DNA of 53,584 nucleotides from a virus: UHGV virus genome UHGV-0183426; one strand, 5' to 3'. Shown piece by piece: positions 47,198 to 53,584 of this stretch (position 1 is its first letter; each line of letters starts with the position of its first letter). The notes under the pieces were generated by a model. It saw only the letters and a program-made list of their open reading frames with translations, ran no database searches and was not told where the DNA came from. The position numbers and the translations under genes were made by a program.

Positions 47198-47475
47198 CAG
47201 AATATTCCTCTATCCTGAAAATATAACCCCCGCAAAACTCGACACCGCAGGGAGTGAAAACAGCTATAAAACACTGAAAACGGCGCTTCATCAGTACCGT
47301 TTCCAGAATTTTATAAAATTGGTAAATGGCGCTTTCTTCTACCCAGGTAGCGCCTGACCTGTTAATGGGATGGATGATCCGGTATTACGTGTTTTTGACT
47401 ATTCCGCCGTCGCTCGCGGGAAGGATTGACCCGGTTATGGCTGGCTGGCGGAAACGGCGACACGTCCACGCGCTG

Positions 47476-47946
47476 TTATTTTTTGCGTAAGCACTGCGTT
47501 TTGATATAGCTCTGAAGTCCGGCGATCTTCGCATCTTTCTCTTTTAGTTGTTCTCTGAGGGATAGATAAGCCGATTCAGCGTCTGGAGTGAGTCTACAGG
47601 TGGCTCCATCAATGCGGCTGGCGGTTCCGGTATTGTCGAGCAATCGCACTGGCTCGGCGTTGACATGCAACCGGATAGCACCGCTATCAATGCCAGCACG
47701 CAGATCGGCAATGTCAGATCTGATAGCTTTAATCTCATCGTGATACCTCTTATCAAGTTTTGACAGTTCGGCGTTCCGATCCTTCATCTGCTGAATAGTG
47801 TTACTTGCTGTCTTTAGTGCACCTTGCGTCACCGTGACTTCTTCCTGTAACCTTGCCGCCTCACTCTGGTAATAACACGTTACGGCGGTCAGCCCGGCAA
47901 TAATGCAAACAACAACGGCGATAATTAGCGTCTTCACCTTGTCCAT
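47476..47946 (-). CDS. Rz: i-spanin (Rz-like)
   Basis: 156 aa; N-terminal TM anchor then coiled-coil periplasmic domain; directly after the endolysin. Confidence 0.7.
   Translation of the reverse strand: MDKVKTLIIAVVVCIIAGLTAVTCYYQSEAARLQEEVTVTQGALKTASNTIQQMKDRNAELSKLDKRYHDEIKAIRSDIADLRAGIDSGAIRLHVNAEPVRLLDNTGTASRIDGATCRLTPDAESAYLSLREQLKEKDAKIAGLQSYIKTQCLRKK
47544..47738 (-). CDS. Rz1: o-spanin (Rz1-like lipoprotein) embedded in Rz in another frame
   Basis: signal/lipobox VLSGC followed by a Pro-rich segment; fully nested in Rz. Confidence 0.55.
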   Translation of the reverse strand: MRLKLSDLTLPICVLALIAVLSGCMSTPSQCDCSTIPEPPAALMEPPVDSLQTLNRLIYPSENN

Positions 47947-48425
47947 GTCTCACCCCATTCGCAAACGGCATATTCAACATCACGGCGGTTAATTAACCCT
48001 TGCCACTGCTTACCGCCAGCATAAATCCAGCGTTTAAGCTGTGCGCACGCTTCTGATTTCTTGCCGTCATTGAGTAGCTTTAATAAGGTTGATGTTTTGA
48101 AGTTGGTAGCGCCTACGTTATAGGCGAAGGAATAAAGTGCAGCGCGGGTAAAATCTGATATTTCGACTTTGATATATGGGTCAATCGCTTTCGCGGTCTT
48201 GTGTAGATCTTTATTTAACAAAGCATCGCATTCTGATTGCGTGTAAGTCTTCCCAAGCATGATGTCTTTTCCGACGTGTCCATAACATATCGTGTAAACA
48301 CCGATGACATCTCTGTACGGCTTATACTCAACGCCTTCAAGATCTTTTATCATCATCCCCGCAATAGCGATCGCCCCACCAGCCGCCGCCGCAATAATCT
48401 TATTTTTCAGCGATTGGCTAATCAT
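47934..48425 (-). CDS. SAR endolysin (GH24 lysozyme)
   Basis: Gly/Ala-rich signal-anchor-release segment ([17 protein letters not shown]) then lysozyme motif [21 protein letters not shown]. Confidence 0.85.
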   Translation of the reverse strand: MISQSLKNKIIAAAAGGAIAIAGMMIKDLEGVEYKPYRDVIGVYTICYGHVGKDIMLGKTYTQSECDALLNKDLHKTAKAIDPYIKVEISDFTRAALYSFAYNVGATNFKTSTLLKLLNDGKKSEACAQLKRWIYAGGKQWQGLINRRDVEYAVCEWGETWTR

Positions 48426-48426
48426 G

Positions 48427-48627
48427 TTACTTATTCCCCATTCGCGCGTCGTGTTCCTCTTGCGCTCGCTTGTTCTCCTGTAATTTGAAGTAATAATTAA
48501 CGGCAAATGTGCCTACGGTTGATAAGATACCCACAAAGACGGCAATGTCATTGATGGTTATCGCGCCGAAAAAAGCAGTTACGGCCCCAGTCACATACGC
48601 ACACGCCTCCCGTATTCTGTCGAACAT
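48427..48627 (-). CDS. class II holin (pinholin-like)
   Basis: 66 aa, two TMDs, charged C-terminus; paired with a SAR endolysin. Confidence 0.65.
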   Translation of the reverse strand: MFDRIREACAYVTGAVTAFFGAITINDIAVFVGILSTVGTFAVNYYFKLQENKRAQEEHDARMGNK

Positions 48628-48732
48628 AGATTTTCCTCCAACAAAGCAAAAACCCGGCGCGTGGCTGGGTAATTACAATTTCGCATTGTTAGGAAATATT
48701 TTAATCTATTTGTTTTTTATGCGCGATTATGG

Positions 48733-48915
48733 CTACAAATCACTAACTTTCACCAAATCGCCATTATCAAGCCAGATTTTAATTGTTTCTCGCGTCGTCT
48801 TGATGATTGGCGCTACCCACTCACCATCGCTAACGCAAACGCGAATATCACCACCCTCTACGCGATAAAACATCTTGTCGATTAGTGTTACGGCGTATAT
48901 ACCATCTTCAATCAT
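48733..48915 (-). CDS. hypothetical protein (60 aa)
   Basis: ORF track. Confidence 0.35.
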   Translation of the reverse strand: MIEDGIYAVTLIDKMFYRVEGGDIRVCVSDGEWVAPIIKTTRETIKIWLDNGDLVKVSDL

Positions 48916-49106
48916 TTCTTGCGCTCCTTAATAACCCTTTTGATCTGCGCGCGCGTGGCATCTACGAGAGCAATAAACACCGCTACAGGCCAGAAAGGAA
49001 TCTCAAGACCACCACGATCGAGATCATTAGATTTGATAAAACAAGACATCAGGATAGCGCCAGCAATATAAAGGAGAAACACAGCAATGATAAGACATTC
49101 AATCAT
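48912..49106 (-). CDS. hypothetical membrane protein (64 aa)
   Basis: two hydrophobic segments. Confidence 0.4.
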   Translation of the reverse strand: MIECLIIAVFLLYIAGAILMSCFIKSNDLDRGGLEIPFWPVAVFIALVDATRAQIKRVIKERKK

Positions 49107-49241
49107 CCTCTTTCTCCCCGCCTAAATATTGATATATTTCTTCAGCATTTTCCCCGCGCTCAAAACAATAATGTTCAAACATGCGCCAGTTTTCACTAAG
49201 AAACATAACAATAAAATTATTAACGTATTCGTCATCCATAG

Positions 49242-49493
49242 TTAATCATCCTCTTCATCGTCTTCTTGTTCAGCCAGGAAATCATCGACGTCACGGTAAG
49301 TGACTGGCGGGATGTATTCGAAATCATCAGAATCAAGATCAAGCGTCCGGCTGTCGCCGTCATCGTCCAGCGTGCTCATCCCCAACTCACCGAAAGGGCC
49401 GTACCCAATGTGGCCCAGGTATTCGCAACCAATCGTAAAGCCAGGGTATTCGCCTTTACACCTGATCTTGTATAGCTTACTTGATGCGCTCAA
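49242..49493 (-). CDS. hypothetical protein with highly acidic C-terminal half
   Basis: 83 aa; C-terminus DDDGDSRTLDLDSDDFEY...EQEDDEEDD. Confidence 0.45.
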   Translation of the reverse strand: MSASSKLYKIRCKGEYPGFTIGCEYLGHIGYGPFGELGMSTLDDDGDSRTLDLDSDDFEYIPPVTYRDVDDFLAEQEDDEEDD

Positions 49494-49806
49494 TGTCAGT
49501 TCCCCCTGTTACACCTTCAGTCATTTTGTATTCCGCAACCAGTTCAGCGCCAACCAATCCCACATCAGCATTAGCTATGCCAGGGAACGCCAGATAGGCA
49601 AAAATAAGGCTTTTAATTCTATTCAGGTCTTCAAGATGTTCTGCATTAAAAGGCGGTTCAGATACGTGAAAGCATTTAACGTGCGCATCGTCTTCAGTAG
49701 CTACACGGAAACATACTCAACGTTCACCTGCGAATTGTCCAATTTCTTTATCTTCTGGAAAAGTGCCACGGAAAACTTTAACGCTGATAAATTTAGTCAT
49801 TTTCAT
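49477..49806 (-). pseudogene. small gene interrupted by an in-frame TGA at 49717-49719
   Basis: manual translation: 29 codons, TGA, then 79 codons with no start codon for the first about 50; same frame throughout. Confidence 0.45.
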
Positions 49807-50057
49807 TCTCCTTCGTAAAAAACAGCCACCAATTCAGGATTGTTTAATGGGTTAGGGCAAGAATAAAAACCGCTTCGCAATAATCCTCTAAGCGCTTTCA
49901 TTTTTCTGTGCATCGGGATTGATTCGCTTAAATAGAAATCATCCTTCCTTTTGTCATAAGGTAGCTCATAAAACCTACCATAATTGACAAATTGAACTAC
50001 GCGGCAAAACTCACCATCAGCCTTGCTATTGCCGCGCCACAGTTTTATTATTTCCAT
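49803..50057 (-). CDS. hypothetical protein, paralog A1
   Basis: 84 aa; paralogous to 50076..50333 (LWRG...DGE..RV...VN.GRFYEL.Y). Confidence 0.5.
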   Translation of the reverse strand: MEIIKLWRGNSKADGEFCRVVQFVNYGRFYELPYDKRKDDFYLSESIPMHRKMKALRGLLRSGFYSCPNPLNNPELVAVFYEGE

Positions 50058-50075
50058 ATCACACCTATTAATTAC

Positions 50076-50333
50076 TCATTCTACTTCGTAAAGAGTCGTC
50101 ACCAGTTCGGCATCTACTAACGTGTTGTGATCTGTATAAAACCCGTGGCGCATTGCGAAAGCTATTTCTCCACGCAGCTTCCGCCACATAGGAGTTGATT
50201 CATTCAGATATTTGTTCTCCCTTTTCTCGCTGTATGCCAGTTCATAAAAACGACCACGATTAACATCTTCAATCACGCGGCTGTACTCGCCATCGAGCAT
50301 ACTAACGCCGCGCCATAGTCTGATCACAACCAT
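50076..50333 (-). CDS. hypothetical protein, paralog A2
   Basis: 85 aa; tandem paralog of 49803..50057. Confidence 0.5.
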   Translation of the reverse strand: MVVIRLWRGVSMLDGEYSRVIEDVNRGRFYELAYSEKRENKYLNESTPMWRKLRGEIAFAMRHGFYTDHNTLVDAELVTTLYEVE

Positions 50334-50335
50334 AA

Positions 50336-50635
50336 TTAAAACTCCGCACCAGGTAAGCTACGCGCTTTATGCACAGTGTCCTTTTCAAGCCACATATTAG
50401 AATGCATATCCATTGTGGATATAGCGGCAACTGGCGAATAATTATTTACTGAGTTGATGTGAAATAGTTGATTTCTGGTAAAAATCATATCGTCATCGGT
50501 TATATATAACCAATCGCCGCGCTTACCAACAACAACATGCGATCTGCCTAAGCTGTCTTTAAATTCATAATTGCAGAAAACATCACCTTTAGGCACTTCA
50601 ACAAAACAGCAAGCAATGAATTTGTCGCTTTTCAT
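50336..50635 (-). CDS. hypothetical protein
   Basis: ORF track 50336..50665; start trimmed to an internal Met. Confidence 0.4.
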   Translation of the reverse strand: MKSDKFIACCFVEVPKGDVFCNYEFKDSLGRSHVVVGKRGDWLYITDDDMIFTRNQLFHINSVNNYSPVAAISTMDMHSNMWLEKDTVHKARSLPGAEF

Positions 50636-50829
50636 AATTACACCCTTCTGGTTTGATGGGGCCATCCAGCCCCGTGTTTTATTCTTCTTCGTCTCCTTTA
50701 AATCCTAAACACTCCGCGTATTCGTCAATGCTTAATGCTTCTTCACCTGGTGCCAGTAATTCAAAGTATCTTGCGTACAGTTCGAAAACCCAGGCCGGAT
50801 ATTTAGCGTTAGCGTTCATGGTTTCCCCC

Positions 50830-51102
50830 TTATGCCATGCGTGCGAATTCAAGTGATTTGCATTCGTAGTCTTCCTCTGCCTGCATCACCACGTTGTTAA
50901 TCATATGGTTTGCATCATCGAAGCCGTATATTTTGGCGAATTCATCAGCACCGCCTTCGTGGTCATGCTCTGCGTTCATCGCTTCTACATAGTGGAACTC
51001 AAGATTGTTCAGGTAGGGACTAGAAACGCCGTCCTCTTTTTCAATCAGATCCCAAATTGCATTGAAGCGGGCTTCTGTTTCTTCGTTAATCCAGCGTTTC
51101 AT
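50830..51102 (-). CDS. hypothetical acidic protein (90 aa)
   Basis: ORF track. Confidence 0.4.
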   Translation of the reverse strand: MKRWINEETEARFNAIWDLIEKEDGVSSPYLNNLEFHYVEAMNAEHDHEGGADEFAKIYGFDDANHMINNVVMQAEEDYECKSLEFARMA

Positions 51103-51143
51103 TTTTCTACCCTCCGCATCGTTCTCTCTTCAGCTTCTTTATA

Positions 51144-51185
51144 ACAAAATGGCACCGCCGAAACAATGCCATTTTGTATACATCG
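51144..51185. promoter_or_regulatory. inverted pair ACAAAATGGCA ... TGCCATTTTGTATAC
   Basis: two copies of the recurrent motif as an 11-bp inverted repeat with 12-bp spacer, inside the Q-lysis cargo block. Confidence 0.4.
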
Positions 51186-51367
51186 TGATGTAGATTACAT
51201 TATGTTTCTTCTGTGAAAGTAACCATCATCATCCCGTCCGAACTACGGACAACGTAGCGACCAACTCCCAGGCGCGGCTCCGCATACCATAAGTGACCGT
51301 AAGTATCAGTCACGACGATAAACGGCAATTTAGGCGACAATCCCATCGGTTTTTCAGCCAATCATTT

Positions 51368-51607
51368 TCATACCCCTACATACGAAAACGCAGCAAAAGC
51401 ACCACCACCAGCACGCGCATAAACAAGCGCCGTGCCACAACCCATCTTATAAAATCGCCATAACTGCCCCTGGTCGTCAGTAATGGCATGAATATATTCC
51501 TGATCCTTTGCGTCAACCAATGCCGCGCCAACCTCGTAGATCTTGCCATTCTTAAAAAACGCGCTGCATCGTGAGTATGTGCACTGGTATCTATGGTTCC
51601 GTCTCAT
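51368..51607 (-). CDS. hypothetical protein, paralog B1
   Basis: 79 aa; shares IH...D..G..W.FY with 51617..51832. Confidence 0.45.
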   Translation of the reverse strand: MRRNHRYQCTYSRCSAFFKNGKIYEVGAALVDAKDQEYIHAITDDQGQLWRFYKMGCGTALVYARAGGGAFAAFSYVGV

Positions 51608-51616
51608 AACACCACC

Positions 51617-51832
51617 TCACCACTTAACAAAACGCGCCATCACACGATTATCAAAACTACCCTTAACAAACCCTTTTGCGTAATCGCCGTAAAATTGCCA
51701 CGCATCGCCATCATTATCTTTTACATAATGAATACCGCCCGCGCCGCGCTTGCACCCATTAAGAAGATCAACGCTATATAGTTCGCCAGTAGTAAAGCAT
51801 GTAGTGTCAGAATAAACGCATCTTGCAAACAT
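51617..51832 (-). CDS. hypothetical protein, paralog B2
   Basis: 71 aa. Confidence 0.45.
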   Translation of the reverse strand: MFARCVYSDTTCFTTGELYSVDLLNGCKRGAGGIHYVKDNDGDAWQFYGDYAKGFVKGSFDNRVMARFVKW

Positions 51833-51834
51833 AA

Positions 51835-52080
51835 TCAGAAAACCCCTTTATAATCTACCGTGTATTTTGCTATCAGATTCCAGTCGCAATAATTAAGCAT
51901 GTCGCGCGGTTGCCAGCCTTTCATCCCGACCGCCCGCCGCGCAGCGTGACGACGATAATCATCGTTATAGTCAGCCATGCACCACGGCTGGAGAACAAAC
52001 ATATAATTTGCTTCATTAACCAGGATAGCCACCCGCTTTCCTGTTGCCTTGTCTTTTGCCCTGAAATAATTCACTTTCAT
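51835..52080 (-). CDS. hypothetical protein (81 aa)
   Basis: ORF track. Confidence 0.4.
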   Translation of the reverse strand: MKVNYFRAKDKATGKRVAILVNEANYMFVLQPWCMADYNDDYRRHAARRAVGMKGWQPRDMLNYCDWNLIAKYTVDYKGVF

Positions 52081-52292
52081 TTTAACACCTCGTCGATCAA
52101 CATTTCTTCTTCCAGGTTAGCCGGACGTTTACGAAATATCCCGGCAAAAACCAGATCTTCGAGTAGGTCTTTACGCTTAAATAACCACTCTTTCATTATT
52201 ACCCCGTCGTCGCTGCGATATACGACGCCGCTTTTCAGAAAATAAAAAGTGCGACTATTGGTCTGTAGGTAGAGATCTTCGTAAACGTCCAT
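52077..52292 (-). CDS. hypothetical protein (71 aa)
   Basis: ORF track. Confidence 0.4.
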   Translation of the reverse strand: MDVYEDLYLQTNSRTFYFLKSGVVYRSDDGVIMKEWLFKRKDLLEDLVFAGIFRKRPANLEEEMLIDEVLK

Positions 52293-52296
52293 ACCG

Positions 52297-52524
52297 TTAA
52301 TCCTCTACAATCTCAAGCCCGCGCCCCTTGTCCCCGACGAAATCGCCCATGCTGAACGTATACGACCACGCCGGATTGATGTAATGGTCATCAGCACCAG
52401 CAGCAATGAGATCAGCACCATTAATCATGCAAGTAATATCATCGCTATGAACGACATTAACGACCTTACCAACAACCTGTTTCAATGACGGGTATCCGTG
52501 ATCGTGCAAGAATTTAACTTTCAT
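52297..52524 (-). CDS. hypothetical protein (75 aa)
   Basis: ORF track. Confidence 0.4.
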   Translation of the reverse strand: MKVKFLHDHGYPSLKQVVGKVVNVVHSDDITCMINGADLIAAGADDHYINPAWSYTFSMGDFVGDKGRGLEIVED

Positions 52525-52754
52525 TCGTCTGCCTCCCAGCGGTCTATGCTGATTAAAAAGTCCCGGATAGCGTGTCGTTCGTCACGCGTTGGCTTGCGCT
52601 TACGGTAAATCTTAAAGTCAAACCATTCTTTTTCTTGTTCGAAATCCATGTCGTAAGCAAGCGCCTCAATATATCCGCAGTCGTGATACTGGTACGCCAC
52701 GCCAGCACGAACAAAAAAGCGGGTTTTATCCCGCTTGTGTTCATAAATACGCAT
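52521..52754 (-). CDS. hypothetical protein (77 aa)
   Basis: ORF track. Confidence 0.4.
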   Translation of the reverse strand: MRIYEHKRDKTRFFVRAGVAYQYHDCGYIEALAYDMDFEQEKEWFDFKIYRKRKPTRDERHAIRDFLISIDRWEADE

Positions 52755-52764
52755 ATTTACCCCG

Positions 52765-52995
52765 TTATGCAGTTGTGTAGCTGTCTACCAGCTTTTCATC
52801 CTTCATTCTTGCAAGCTGTGCAATGTTCATCGTGTAGCCTTCATCAGAGAAAAGCAATTCCGCAGCTTTGCGACGAAAAACAATATCATCATGGTTGTGC
52901 GTCCATGTGGCGATCACCACGCGTTTTCCGTCAGTGGCAAACATTGTTAATTCATTATCAACTACGTCGATAGCCTGCCAGATTTTTAGCTCCAT
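52765..52995 (-). CDS. hypothetical protein (76 aa)
   Basis: ORF track. Confidence 0.4.
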   Translation of the reverse strand: MELKIWQAIDVVDNELTMFATDGKRVVIATWTHNHDDIVFRRKAAELLFSDEGYTMNIAQLARMKDEKLVDSYTTA

Positions 52996-53351
52996 GATTT
53001 ATCCCCGTAAATTTTGAATAATTCCCGTGCTTCCTGATCTCCAAATATCTTCATATGCAGGTCATGCAGTCGTCGCATTGTGCGTAAGCGCGGTCTAAAT
53101 TCCTGACTTCGTTTAATGTATTTACCGCCAATTGAATAAATATGCCCGTATGAATACCATCTGTTGCCTACCCATATGTCATATTCTTTGCCTTCGTAAT
53201 TAAATTTGATTGTTAGCTCCCCGAATTCCATTATTAATCCTTTGTCGAGGATGTCATTAAGCATTTCGTCCCATTCTTTCAGGAATGGTTTCTGATAAAA
53301 ACCGAAAAGCGTATTTGCAGCGTAGCAAAGGTAATCAATGATTATTTGCAT
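52986..53351 (-). CDS. hypothetical protein (121 aa)
   Basis: ORF track. Confidence 0.4.
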   Translation of the reverse strand: MQIIIDYLCYAANTLFGFYQKPFLKEWDEMLNDILDKGLIMEFGELTIKFNYEGKEYDIWVGNRWYSYGHIYSIGGKYIKRSQEFRPRLRTMRRLHDLHMKIFGDQEARELFKIYGDKSWS

Positions 53352-53355
53352 ATTA

Positions 53356-53571
53356 TCACCACATCATATAATAAACGTTATCGTTAGCTACTTCGTCGGC
53401 TTGTTCTTGTGTTAATAGCGGCGCACTTTCCATAAAAGCATCAGAATAATGCCACTCATAAACAAGCATACGCGCCCATTTGCGGCGCTGGCGCTTATTG
53501 TGTCGCAGGTCGTCAAAAGCCTTTAATGCTTTATCATACGCCCTTACCAGGCGTTTACGGTTACTTTTCAT
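53356..53571 (-). CDS. hypothetical basic protein (71 aa)
   Basis: ORF track; its RBS (GGAAGGG) is formed by the terminal 7-mer. Confidence 0.4.
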   Translation of the reverse strand: MKSNRKRLVRAYDKALKAFDDLRHNKRQRRKWARMLVYEWHYSDAFMESAPLLTQEQADEVANDNVYYMMW

Positions 53572-53584
53572 TTTTCACCCTTCC

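Noticed and set aside
49300-49818. 172-aa plus-strand ORF rich in Ser/Pro
   Set aside because: Antisense to a run of coupled minus-strand genes; composition is typical of a non-coding frame.
1-53584. Genome-wide TGA recoding or selenocysteine incorporation to explain the two in-frame TGAs
   Set aside because: Many genes of sensible length and domain content terminate with TGA (for example at 3821, 15508, 49803), and no SECIS-like hairpin follows either internal TGA; isolated nonsense mutations or leaky readthrough are more parsimonious.
1-53584. tRNA genes, a retron, or a diversity-generating retroelement near the tail fiber
   Set aside because: No cloverleaf-like segment with a GTTCGA-type T-loop was found by eye in any intergenic region, and no reverse-transcriptase-sized ORF exists; a manual scan is not as sensitive as tRNAscan or a covariance model.

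Overview
The window reads as an essentially complete lambdoid (lambda/P22-mosaic) temperate siphovirus genome of about 53.6 kb. The first and last 7 nt are identical (CCCTTCC), and joining them closes an ORF and creates an RBS, so the sequence is probably a circularly permuted phage genome rather than a chromosomal prophage. Almost everything is on the minus strand as one leftward unit: cI, an N-like antiterminator, HNH, erf, ssb, about 11 small unknown genes, dam, a split C5-MTase-like gene, ninG, rusA, Q, about 22 small cargo ORFs (across the junction), pinholin / SAR endolysin / Rz-Rz1, an HEXXH protein, a mini-ORF array, terminase, portal, head and lambda-like tail genes (M, L, K, I, J), tail fiber, and a 5'-truncated integrase. 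The only plus-strand blocks are the divergent replication operon (12180-19521: HTH protein, O-like initiator with internal iterons, HTH-metallophosphoesterase, HNH, DnaB helicase, NinB, AlpA-like) and three AT-rich moron islands inside the tail cluster. No rRNA, tRNA or CRISPR array was seen. I could not identify one obvious novel system; the strongest candidates are the opposite-strand tail-cluster islands, the Q-to-lysis cargo block, the mini-ORF array, the HTH-metallophosphoesterase, and a recurrent CCATTTTGTA element at module junctions. Several genes are disrupted: int (truncated), the MTase (frameshift), and two genes with in-frame TGA. All calls rest on reading the translations and recalled family signatures; no database search was run. 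My manual coordinates can be off by 1 nt, notably around 45.8-46.7 kb where my base counting disagrees with the ORF track by one.
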